Of a DNA stretch of 33,208 nt, positions 1 through 8,700 are shown piece by piece. Both the position numbers and the translations under genes were made by a program. The notes under the pieces were generated by a model that saw only the letters and a list, made by a program, of their open reading frames with translations, made no database searches and was not told the DNA's origin. Every line of letters starts with the position of its first letter. Positions within the stretch are counted from its first letter, which is position 1. The stretch is from a virus (taxonomy: Duplodnaviria > Caudoviricetes): IMG/VR virus record IMGVR_UViG_3300030207_000967, positions 1 through 33,208 of that record. One strand, given 5' to 3'.

Positions 1-2
1 CC

Positions 3-1079
3 TGATGTTTGTCCCATTGCTTCCTCCGCATTTCGAGGGCCACCCCCTTGTTGTTGCATTATGCTATTTAAACCACCAAGTTGATAACCTTTAACCGGAC
101 CACCTGTTTTGAAGAATTGTCTTCCCTCTTGGAATCCGAAGTTTACGAAATGATCCTTAGCTGCTTGGGCTACGAAATCATCTACGGCTTGTGAACCGGG
201 GCCAGAAGCACTTAAAACCGCTTGATATTCTGGCCTTGCCAAAATGTTGTTGAAAACATCCTGATTTTTAGCAAGGTAAGCACCATATGCAGGCACGCCT
301 CTAATGCTACTTTCAGCAAATGGGTCTATGGTGCGTGCTTCTTCTAAAGTGCTTATGCTATCGTCTGGCAATGGGTTTGCTATATTCGCAAGGTTTTGCT
401 GTTGTTGTGCAGAGAAATCAAGAAATGTTTGAGAAACGTTACCTTGATCGTCTACAGCGTTAAGATACCCTTCGTCTGTCGAAATTAATGGACCCTCTGT
501 CGGTGGATTAGGGTTAGGTCTATTCGGGAATCGCTCTGCAAAAGGTAAGGATCGATCAATGGGTGTGGGCGAGTAGTCTGGATTGCGTAAGATATTACCG
601 TAGTAATTTCCTATTGTATCCATAACTGCCTGATTACCCGTATTTCTGATTCCTAAATTTTTAAACTCATCTTCAAATCGTCTGAGAAATTGTTGACGTT
701 GAGCAAGGCTGAGTGGGTTATCCTCAGTAATCTTTGCATCAAGTCCGATGGCTTCGGTGCGTTCTTGATCTGTCGGATCTCTGCCAAGGTATTGTTGATA
801 CATCTGCATATAACTCATTGGCTGAGGTGTCGTTTGTGTTTGAAATTGTGACCCAGCATACATAGGTGCGTTGCGTAATCTCGATTGATATTGTGCTTGA
901 TATTGATCAAATGCACGTTGCTTGGCAGGGTCAAAAGTTATTTCTCCCGGTGTGGTTGTCACCTCTCCGGTTTCTTCGTCTATTACTTCAACATCTGGAC
1001 CACGTTCACCCTCATAGGAAAGCATCGTAGGTGTAGCTAGACCATACTGTCTCATTAATTTGTTTAGTTCGAAGCCCAT
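3..1079 (-). CDS. Putative internal virion/ejection protein, 3'-truncated by the window edge (not in the ORF track)
   Basis: Read manually. ATG at 1079 with AGGA upstream, open to the edge: MGFELNKLMRQYGLATPT...YLAKNQDVF...DHFVNFGFQEGRQFFKTGGPVKGYQLGGLNS... It follows two ejection-like genes and is Gln-rich. Confidence 0.75.
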   Translation of the reverse strand, partial: MGFELNKLMRQYGLATPTMLSYEGERGPDVEVIDEETGEVTTTPGEITFDPAKQRAFDQYQAQYQSRLRNAPMYAGSQFQTQTTPQPMSYMQMYQQYLGRDPTDQERTEAIGLDAKITEDNPLSLAQRQQFLRRFEDEFKNLGIRNTGNQAVMDTIGNYYGNILRNPDYSPTPIDRSLPFAERFPNRPNPNPPTEGPLISTDEGYLNAVDDQGNVSQTFLDFSAQQQQNLANIANPLPDDSISTLEEARTIDPFAESSIRGVPAYGAYLAKNQDVFNNILARPEYQAVLSASGPGSQAVDDFVAQAAKDHFVNFGFQEGRQFFKTGGPVKGYQLGGLNSIMQQQGGGPRNAEEAMGQTS

Positions 1080-1089
1080 AATTTATTCC

Positions 1090-2130
1090 TTACGATGGAT
1101 TTCCAGCTAGATTTTGTAGACCTTTGTAAGTAGCCAAACCAGCCGCTATCTGTGACAGTGGCGATGGTGAATAAGTTGCGCCCACTGATTGCCCTTGAGA
1201 CGTTGTTCGCTTCGGTGCAACCGGAGCTAATCCTCTGATTTGACTAGATAGAAAATCAGCTTGCTCCCGTGCGTAATTTTGTTGATCCAAAAATTGTTTT
1301 TCAGCTGCTGTAAGTTCTCGTTGTAATTGTTGTTGTTGACCAGCCCCAGCTGCCTCAAGTGCTGCTGTATCGGTGTATCCCAGTGCTTGACGTTGTGCTC
1401 CAAGATTCGCCAAATCGGACAAGGCACCCATTTGCCGTGCTATGTCGGATTGTTGTATGCCTGCTATCGTTTGACCGAGATTAGCTTGTCTACTCAAATC
1501 GGCTGCTCGATTTGCCATCGCTTGAGCATAACCCGTGTTAGCTAATTCTGCTTGTTGAGCTAAAACTGCTTCTTGCGTGTCTCTCAACGCTCTAGCTCCA
1601 AAATCACCCATACGACTTGACCCAAATTGTCCTGCCCTGATAAAAGCATCGCTTACTGCTGGCAATAAGTTTTCTTGTAAGTTACGAGCACCTTGTTTTG
1701 CAAGTTCGTCCATGACTTGTTGTTGATATGGATTATAATAATTCGAAACGTTTGTAGGTGTGTCTTCCGCTGCTTTCGTAAAATATGTTTGAGCAGCACT
1801 CAACCCAGTTTTAGTGTTGGTTGGTATTAACTCAGTTGGCGTTCCGGGTAACGGAGCTAGACCAGCTAGAGCACGTATACCCGCTGCCGATGCATCAAGG
1901 TCCGGTTGATATGCTCCTTGGGCTTGTTGTACTTGTCTGTAGGCTTGTTGTTGTAACGGTGATAGTTCTGCTACAGTCGGTAAATCGTAACTCTCAAACG
2001 GACGATTGGCTAAGTTTTGCGATATTTGTATTTGATTAAATATTGCATCTTGCATCCACCGTGGTGTTTCAGTAGTGGATGTTGTGTAAGACGTTGCGGT
2101 TTGTGGTGCTCCCTGAAATAAACTAGCCAT
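1090..2130 (-). CDS. Putative DNA ejection/pilot protein (Gln/Ala-rich, helical)
   Basis: Start reassigned to ATG 2130 (MASLFQG), with AGGAG 8 nt upstream. Features typical of podovirus ejection proteins: N-terminal Thr run then P-x-W, 'VAELSPLQQQA', 'YYNPYQQQV', 'AGQFGSSR' and C-terminal 'SPSPLSQIAAGLA'. Confidence 0.75.
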   Translation of the reverse strand: MASLFQGAPQTATSYTTSTTETPRWMQDAIFNQIQISQNLANRPFESYDLPTVAELSPLQQQAYRQVQQAQGAYQPDLDASAAGIRALAGLAPLPGTPTELIPTNTKTGLSAAQTYFTKAAEDTPTNVSNYYNPYQQQVMDELAKQGARNLQENLLPAVSDAFIRAGQFGSSRMGDFGARALRDTQEAVLAQQAELANTGYAQAMANRAADLSRQANLGQTIAGIQQSDIARQMGALSDLANLGAQRQALGYTDTAALEAAGAGQQQQLQRELTAAEKQFLDQQNYAREQADFLSSQIRGLAPVAPKRTTSQGQSVGATYSPSPLSQIAAGLATYKGLQNLAGNPS

Positions 2131-2131
2131 G

Positions 2132-3976
2132 TTAAGCACTCCTTCTCATATACTCAAGAGGTGATTTTGCGTCTGGGCTAAATCTACCTTTTGCTAAAAC
2201 TTTACCCTTATGCATTCTAAGTTTCTTACGCATATCGTCTAACATTTCTGCCCCTGCCTTATTACTTCCGTCTCCTAATAGTGATACAGATTCTGCATCT
2301 ATAACATATTCCCCATCGGACAGCCTAGCGTTTATGACATCATCCCTACCATCACCCGGACCACTGACATACCCCGGAGCGTCCATTATCCCACCTTCGG
2401 CAGCGTACATTGTGTCGTTGTTCATATAATATTTACTTTGATCATTCATAAAAAATGGACTGCTTAAAAACTGCCCCAGTGTCATGCCACGTTGATTAGC
2501 CTCACCTCTGATTTTTACAAAATCATATTGATTTGTAGTTTTATCGAATATCCCACTTGTTTCTGCCATAGAAATATCCATTTGGTCTTGTTTACTCAGC
2601 CCACTAAGTGCAGCTAAACCTAACGCTCCGAGTCCTAATTCTGTCATAGATAAATCATCTGGTAGTAAATTAGCTATTGGTTCAGGCAGCAAATTCCTTA
2701 GTGCGGCAAATCCTTCCCCTTGTTGGGGTTGTGACACCTGACCTAATTCTTTTATATCCTCCGAAAAATCCATTCCACGACCATCGGTTGGAACAAAACG
2801 TTCTTCAGTTTGTAAAGAAGGTATGTTTGCATACTCATCAGCAATTGTTCCTTCTGGAAATGTATTCCTACGTCCTAATGCTTGACTCAATGGCCCTTCA
2901 ACAAATCTGTTTGAAAAAATAGTTTCATCGTTAGCCAGTTGCATAGTTTCATATACTGGCTCAGGAACGGCTGATACAAAAGGTGTTTCAGCCGAACTTA
3001 AATCGCTAGAAGCTACCGGACTTAAAGACGGTTTCATGTTACCACCCATTGGAGCACCAGAAGAAGTCATTCCTGCGTTGCTTTTCAGAAAATTAGTAAC
3101 AGCCGTGCTTGCATTTTGTGTCATATCTTGAACAAAAGGTTTCGCAAGCGACCCTATAGCCCCATATGCAGCACCACGGACAGGATCAGAACCCGTTAAT
3201 GCTGACCCTAACGCTCCAGTGGCACCACCGCCTATCGCTCTTATAGCCGATTCGCTTAAATTTGGAAATTGTTGAGCTAAACTCTCGGAAATTCCCGGAG
3301 CAAATCCACCTAAACCACCAGATACAGCACCGACCAGAGGATCACCACCAGTGAGAAGAGATGTACCGCCACCTAGTATTGCACCGCCAACTACACCTTG
3401 AGCTAACGCACTAGCACCACTCCCAAGAACGGCAGCACCGATAGTAGGTGCTAAGACGGGTGCCACAAAACTTAAAGCAATTGGAAGGGCAACTTTGAGA
3501 ACATTTTTAAGGCCTTTATACTCTCGTAATCCGGTGTTTGGGTTGACTGTTCCCTGACCGCCCATTCTACGGAGCACCTCAGCCTCACGGTCATTGATGT
3601 GAGCTAATTGTCGGTCACCACCTTGACCCATACGAGCCAATTGTTTACCGGATACTGCGAGTCCACCTCGTGCATAACCTTGTCGTGACAGTCTGTCTTG
3701 CATCCCATACAAGACCACTAGAAGGCTTATAATCAGCACTTCATCAAATTGTGGGGGAAACATACCCTCATCTATTAAACCGTCTTTTATAGCGGCTGTA
3801 CGGACCTCTGGGTACACTTCTGGGTTCTGTAATACATACTCAAGCATTTGTATGGCTTCAGTAAGATCCTCAGCCACCATGTTGGTTCCGGATAATTGTT
3901 GTTCGATGACTGTAATCGTTTCTTGAAAACGAGGATCTTGCATTGCAATTGATAGAATTTGTTCTTTCATACTCAT
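2132..3976 (-). CDS. Putative internal virion/ejection protein with glycine-zipper hydrophobic segments
   Basis: 614-aa ORF with GxxxG-rich membrane-like region (about aa 160-280), 'GGQGTVNPNTGLREY' and a C-terminal 'GPGDGRDDVINARLSDGEYVIDAESV' motif of tape-measure/ejection type. Confidence 0.72.
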   Translation of the reverse strand: MSMKEQILSIAMQDPRFQETITVIEQQLSGTNMVAEDLTEAIQMLEYVLQNPEVYPEVRTAAIKDGLIDEGMFPPQFDEVLIISLLVVLYGMQDRLSRQGYARGGLAVSGKQLARMGQGGDRQLAHINDREAEVLRRMGGQGTVNPNTGLREYKGLKNVLKVALPIALSFVAPVLAPTIGAAVLGSGASALAQGVVGGAILGGGTSLLTGGDPLVGAVSGGLGGFAPGISESLAQQFPNLSESAIRAIGGGATGALGSALTGSDPVRGAAYGAIGSLAKPFVQDMTQNASTAVTNFLKSNAGMTSSGAPMGGNMKPSLSPVASSDLSSAETPFVSAVPEPVYETMQLANDETIFSNRFVEGPLSQALGRRNTFPEGTIADEYANIPSLQTEERFVPTDGRGMDFSEDIKELGQVSQPQQGEGFAALRNLLPEPIANLLPDDLSMTELGLGALGLAALSGLSKQDQMDISMAETSGIFDKTTNQYDFVKIRGEANQRGMTLGQFLSSPFFMNDQSKYYMNNDTMYAAEGGIMDAPGYVSGPGDGRDDVINARLSDGEYVIDAESVSLLGDGSNKAGAEMLDDMRKKLRMHKGKVLAKGRFSPDAKSPLEYMRRSA

Positions 3977-4425
3977 CGCGCAGTCCTCACATTACACCAT
4001 CTGTGCGTATTATATTCATTCCGCAGAAACCCAAATACCTCTAAATCTTCGTTATCGTCGTAGGCTTGTCTCATTGTACCTTCGTGTTTAAACCCTAACC
4101 TTTTAACAAACCGTATAGATTTTTCGTTGTTATGACCAATCAACGCTGTAGCCCGTGACGCTTCGTGTATTTTAAATATATAAGTAAATATAGCGTTGAA
4201 CATCCGTAAAGTTTCTTTCGGAGATGCCCAGTTACCGCCACGGGCTGCAAACGATATATCTATATTTCTAGGTGTGAAGTTGTTGAAAATTGCAGTGCAT
4301 ACAAATTTATCATCGTCATCAACTGCCGACATCGCACGAAAAAACTCAGGCTCATCTTTTAGACCGAGTAATGGTCTAGCCCACTTTTCCGCAGAAATCT
4401 CTCTTTCAAAGCCAATAAATCTCAT
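3973..4425 (-). CDS. GNAT-family N-acetyltransferase (RimJ/RimL-like)
   Basis: C-terminal 'HNNEKSIRFVKRLGFKHEGTMRQ' is the GNAT N-x-x-S-x-x-x-x-x-x-LGF motif. Start reassigned to ATG 4425 (MRFIG), which gives an ATGA overlap with the upstream stop. Confidence 0.85.
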   Translation of the reverse strand: MRFIGFEREISAEKWARPLLGLKDEPEFFRAMSAVDDDDKFVCTAIFNNFTPRNIDISFAARGGNWASPKETLRMFNAIFTYIFKIHEASRATALIGHNNEKSIRFVKRLGFKHEGTMRQAYDDNEDLEVFGFLRNEYNTHRWCNVRTAR

Positions 4426-4655
4426 AGCGTTGTTTGGACAAATCTTTCTGCCCACTCTCTCCAATCGTCATACATATACGGATCTGGAAAATCCTCAATT
4501 AAATTGGTTGCATTTAGAAATTGCGTAGCCCAATCTTGCCACTTTGTTTCATCGTCTAACGGGTCAAATGCACCAAAGGCAATGAAGTCTGTAATCAGAC
4601 AGTTCGCCCAATCTTTTAGACCAATACCTACTGGCAATGTAACACTTAATGCCAT
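4422..4655 (-). CDS. Small Trp-rich conserved phage protein downstream of the nozzle gene
   Basis: 77 aa, translationally coupled on both sides. Motifs 'WQDWA' and 'PDPYMYDDWREWAERF'. Confidence 0.7.
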   Translation of the reverse strand: MALSVTLPVGIGLKDWANCLITDFIAFGAFDPLDDETKWQDWATQFLNATNLIEDFPDPYMYDDWREWAERFVQTTL

Positions 4656-6499
4656 TATCCTAGATCCGTTCCGTCACCAATACCAAGGTGAGCTATTATC
4701 TGCCCCATCTGATAGTCACCATATAAAGCGTTGGACTCAAATTTGACTCTTAATTCTCTCCGTTGTTCTTTTAACATTACTATTTGTTCGTATGGTTGTG
4801 TGGCTTCGGCAGGGAAGGTAAACGTTGTACCCACGACTTCGGGTGCTCTAGCGTTGGCCCTTCCGGTGACGGTAACTGTCATGTCTCCTACTTGCACAAA
4901 GTCCGGTTCAATAGTTGTTATACGAAGATATCTGTCACCACCTTGTGTAAGTGTAGACAAGTCTGCCGTTTCAAAGAATGATCTTATCGGTGCAATGTCA
5001 GGACCGTCAATCTCATCCATACCAAACTCGTGTTGCCAAACTTTGTATCCGGTTCCAGATGCTGTCGTGGCTTGCACAATGCCTGTAAGCAAAGGGGCTG
5101 CAAACGAGTTATTAAATTGACCCGCTGAGCGTCCACCGTTTGGCAGTTCTGTGTCGTACCATGTGTCTTCTCTAACGTTGTACACTACAGCGTGAGTGCA
5201 TTCTGTGGCTGTACCCCGTGGGTATGCCCACCAAATTTCACCATATCGTGGCACCTTGTAGGCAAAACACTTGCTTGCATGATCACGGTTTAAACCATCG
5301 AAAAAGTAATTAAGATTGAGGTTGTTTGGCACTTCTCTGACAACACCGTTAAATAAGTAAAAACGATCAGTTCCAATCCAATAGAAAACGCCATCATAGT
5401 CAATCGGGCAAAATGGGCTGAGAATAGATGTTCCGGTAGCAACAATATCAAATTGGAATATGGCTGAACCACCAACAAACGTGCTCCGAATTACAGCATC
5501 AAATGCCCAGAATATACCAGCGGGTGCAGTTCCAGAACCTGCACGCAATGGTAAACCTTTGATTATTTTCTGACCCCACACCCTAGCGTTGCCACTACCT
5601 GTTCCTGTCAAATTGGAAGGTTCACCCGGAACGGACCAACCTATTATACCGTCTGTTCCAAAATAAAATAAATATGGATGTAAACTGACTATACCACCTG
5701 TAGCATTTGTATTCGCTGGAAGTGATATACTTTGCAATGGGCCAGTACCGAGCACATCACCAAAAAATATTTGTCCGTCTTGATCGTTACAGATGCAATC
5801 CATATTAGGAGCGACAGAGGCTAAAATTAAGTTTTGATTGCTGCTAGATTGAAATTGAAAATCAAACATCCAAAAATTGTTTGCGTTTGCTATGACTGCA
5901 TCTGATCCACCTTGCATATTTACAATTGTAGAAGTCAAAGTGGTGAGGGTAGTAGTAATTATGAATCCGTTAAACTCATCGCCAGTTGTAGCTGATGTGA
6001 TCGTGATTGTAGGTCCATTGGCAGTAGCCGTGTAATTTGGTGTGGACGTAAATGCTGTAATGTTTGCGGCTACGTCGGTTGCGGTAGTTGGTAAATCCAC
6101 GTTGAATGCAACGGAACCAGACATAATGTCCACCCCATTTACGGCTATCATATCTACAGCACCGCCAGAACCAGCTAACGTTACCGACCCTTGTGCCGCT
6201 ACTGCTACGGGTGTTCTTGTGCTCACAATAGAGCTATTCCCGTTTTCGTCTAGCGTGAATCTTTCAAGAGTATTAGCACCACCAGAATGACAATAGACGA
6301 ATAATTGTTGAGTAAAAGTAATAAATCCACGGCTGATCTCTGCTAATGTTTTGAGCGTTGTTTTGTAACCAGCAATCTTTCTAGGCAATCCGCGTTGCCA
6401 ACGAACCCATTGACCATCAACGTAGTTATTACCTTCAAACTTTGTACCGTCACGTTTGATCCCCGGTTCAGAAACAAGTATCGTGGTTTGCTCTGCCAT
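4655..6499 (-). CDS. Tail nozzle / tail tubular protein B-like (P22 gp10 / T7 gp12 class) virion protein
   Basis: 614 aa, beta-rich, with 'FYWIGTDRFYLFNGVVREVP' and 'YGEIWWAYP...AVVYNVREDTWY' blades. Lies between adaptor and ejection genes. Confidence 0.7.
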   Translation of the reverse strand: MAEQTTILVSEPGIKRDGTKFEGNNYVDGQWVRWQRGLPRKIAGYKTTLKTLAEISRGFITFTQQLFVYCHSGGANTLERFTLDENGNSSIVSTRTPVAVAAQGSVTLAGSGGAVDMIAVNGVDIMSGSVAFNVDLPTTATDVAANITAFTSTPNYTATANGPTITITSATTGDEFNGFIITTTLTTLTSTIVNMQGGSDAVIANANNFWMFDFQFQSSSNQNLILASVAPNMDCICNDQDGQIFFGDVLGTGPLQSISLPANTNATGGIVSLHPYLFYFGTDGIIGWSVPGEPSNLTGTGSGNARVWGQKIIKGLPLRAGSGTAPAGIFWAFDAVIRSTFVGGSAIFQFDIVATGTSILSPFCPIDYDGVFYWIGTDRFYLFNGVVREVPNNLNLNYFFDGLNRDHASKCFAYKVPRYGEIWWAYPRGTATECTHAVVYNVREDTWYDTELPNGGRSAGQFNNSFAAPLLTGIVQATTASGTGYKVWQHEFGMDEIDGPDIAPIRSFFETADLSTLTQGGDRYLRITTIEPDFVQVGDMTVTVTGRANARAPEVVGTTFTFPAEATQPYEQIVMLKEQRRELRVKFESNALYGDYQMGQIIAHLGIGDGTDLG

Positions 6500-6501
6500 T
6501 C

Positions 6502-7695
6502 CTAAAATGTTCCACCGTTAAATTGATTGGGATAACCTATCGCGGTCCATGCATCTCCTTGCGTACTAGATGTAAAAACGCTTATACCTGTAGAACCACC
6601 ACCTAAATTAATTAAAGCACCACCTGCTGTAGTAGCTCCGGTTCCACCTTGTGATATCGCAATCGGAAACGAAACCGTGCTCGTGTCTGCATCGACTAGG
6701 TCCGTACCATCACAGTAAAAAATACCTCGCGTGTTTTGTCCGATATTAACACCTGTTTGACCAGACACTTTCACGGTTAGAACGTAAGATCCTGTCGTGC
6801 TGTTATCGATCCAGTATTGTTGCACTGTCGCTGGTATTATTACGTTTCTCGCACCCGTAAGTGCTCCGGTGAATTTATAAGCAACTCGGTTTAATTCATT
6901 ACCACTGAGTGTGAAATCACCCGTACCAGCAATGTTAATTGTGGTGTAGTCAAAGGCAAAAGTCGCGCTTTGTCCGAAGCCAATGGTGAAAAAGTTCGCT
7001 CCATCTGTTACAATGATAGCTGATTCACCGGGTTGGAATGGTAAGTTAGCTGCACCATCAATTGTAACTGCTCCCGGAGGTGTTGCCGTTATTGCCCCCG
7101 ATCCAGAGTTTCTAAGGTAAACAAACCAGTTGTCACCGCCCGTAATGGGGTCAGGCAATGTATAGGTGCCACCAGCCCCCGTGTAGTTAAACATTTTGGC
7201 TCGATCATCCACACCACTAGCAAAGTTAGTATTGAATGTGGTCACTGGTACGGACTGCGATAGCACGGTTCCAATAGCAACTATACCTGTACCAGCTAAT
7301 GATGCTGCATTGGCAGTTGATGTAGTAGCTCCATATTGCAGAAACACCCATGTTCCATTTGTGGTGCTGTTATCAGTCAAATATAATTGATAAACCTCAC
7401 CCGCTGCAATTGATCCAAGTTGAATACCGCCCGCATTTTTTACAAGAAACGTGTGTGAGCCTATGTTGTTAAATAGTATTGTATTACCAGTTCCGCTTTT
7501 TTGGGCATCCGGAACAATAATGCTAAAACCTGCACCTGTTTGTGTTACATCAATTATTCGCGTAGCTAAATTAGTATTCGTTGAAGTTTCTTCGGGCCAA
7601 CTCAGCGTGACATCAGCCGATAAGTTTTGAGTGCTATAACTAATTTCACTAGGATAAATGTTAGCACCGCCAAAAACGTCTTGATAAATAGGCAT
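6502..7695 (-). CDS. Tail fibre-base / tail structural protein
   Basis: 397 aa, Thr/Gly-rich beta repeats, 'FTGALTGARNVIIP', 'PIAISQGGTGATTA', C-terminal GGTF. Confidence 0.65.
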   Translation of the reverse strand: MPIYQDVFGGANIYPSEISYSTQNLSADVTLSWPEETSTNTNLATRIIDVTQTGAGFSIIVPDAQKSGTGNTILFNNIGSHTFLVKNAGGIQLGSIAAGEVYQLYLTDNSTTNGTWVFLQYGATTSTANAASLAGTGIVAIGTVLSQSVPVTTFNTNFASGVDDRAKMFNYTGAGGTYTLPDPITGGDNWFVYLRNSGSGAITATPPGAVTIDGAANLPFQPGESAIIVTDGANFFTIGFGQSATFAFDYTTINIAGTGDFTLSGNELNRVAYKFTGALTGARNVIIPATVQQYWIDNSTTGSYVLTVKVSGQTGVNIGQNTRGIFYCDGTDLVDADTSTVSFPIAISQGGTGATTAGGALINLGGGSTGISVFTSSTQGDAWTAIGYPNQFNGGTF

Positions 7696-8327
7696 TATGC
7701 TTCACTCCTTTGTGCCGCACGATCAAGTATTCTTCCTAAGTCTTGACCGTTAAATGCTTGAGCACATCGGTCATATAGACTTTGCCATAGCTGTACTCTC
7801 TCATCGTTTTTCAAAAATGGGGTTGCCTCAAGTAACGAAGCATACAACACCAACTCCGGTGCATAGTCCGTTAGCCAATTACTTTGCAAGTTTGGACCAA
7901 GCAATGCTGGTTGTTCATAATAAAGAACCTCTAACGTACTAGCTGCATTTGGCGTTGGAGCAATTAACCAATTAGCGTAGTCGTAATCAGCATAAAATTG
8001 AGGTGATGCTGTTTGCGCTTCATTAGGCCAGTAATTACGAAGGTACTCATATGATCTTGTTTGTATAGGCGTTCCGTCTACCGTCATAGAAATCGTGTCA
8101 CGCCATCTGTCTGGCTTGAGATAAGTGCTAACACCGATGGATAAGGGCGTTGTAATTGCTCGTATAAAACCTTCGATTTTAAGTTCACGAGCTATACGCC
8201 TCTCTGCCAACGTAACTAGACGTGGCAATTGATCAAAAACAATTTGATCACTAGCTTGTGTGAACCCACGCTCAAGATACCTGCGTATGTCCACTAACAA
8301 GCTATCATATGTCATTGTATAGCTCAT
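7695..8327 (-). CDS. Head-tail adaptor / tail tubular protein A-like ring protein
   Basis: 210 aa: 'MTYDSLLVDIRRYL', 'LAERRIAREL', 'IAPTP...LEVLYY', 'NWLTDYAPELVLYASLLEA'. This is the helical-beta-helical adaptor pattern. Confidence 0.75.
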   Translation of the reverse strand: MSYTMTYDSLLVDIRRYLERGFTQASDQIVFDQLPRLVTLAERRIARELKIEGFIRAITTPLSIGVSTYLKPDRWRDTISMTVDGTPIQTRSYEYLRNYWPNEAQTASPQFYADYDYANWLIAPTPNAASTLEVLYYEQPALLGPNLQSNWLTDYAPELVLYASLLEATPFLKNDERVQLWQSLYDRCAQAFNGQDLGRILDRAAQRSEA

Positions 8328-8337
8328 GGCTTAGTCC

Positions 8338-8700
8338 TTACTCTGAACTCTCTTCCGAGCTTTCCTCAGAACTTTCTGCCGCTGCTGCTTCCTCAGCAGC
8401 CGCCTTTCTAGCTGCTTCAAGTTCAGCATCCAACTCTGCTTGGACAACGACAGGATCTTTCCAATCTGGGTTAGGTGTCCAAGTTGTACCGTCGAACATA
8501 TATTTGTTACCAGCCCATGCCTCGGATGGTCCCTCGATATTCTCATACAAGGTACAGTCGTTCATGCTATGGCAACCGACATATAAGTCAGGGTTATTTA
8601 CTGGACCGATTGTAATACGATCTGCTTCCATAAGGATCTGTTTGTCATCTTCGTACAGAAATTTACTTAGTTTTGTAGAATTTTCTACGATGGTTTTCAT
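8338..8700 (-). CDS. Small fibre-associated protein (possible assembly chaperone) with acidic low-complexity tail
   Basis: 120 aa, coupled to the upstream spike gene. 'P.AWAGNKYMFDGTTWTPNPDW' and a C-terminal (SSEE)n repeat. Confidence 0.7.
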   Translation of the reverse strand: MKTIVENSTKLSKFLYEDDKQILMEADRITIGPVNNPDLYVGCHSMNDCTLYENIEGPSEAWAGNKYMFDGTTWTPNPDWKDPVVVQAELDAELEAARKAAAEEAAAAESSEESSEESSE

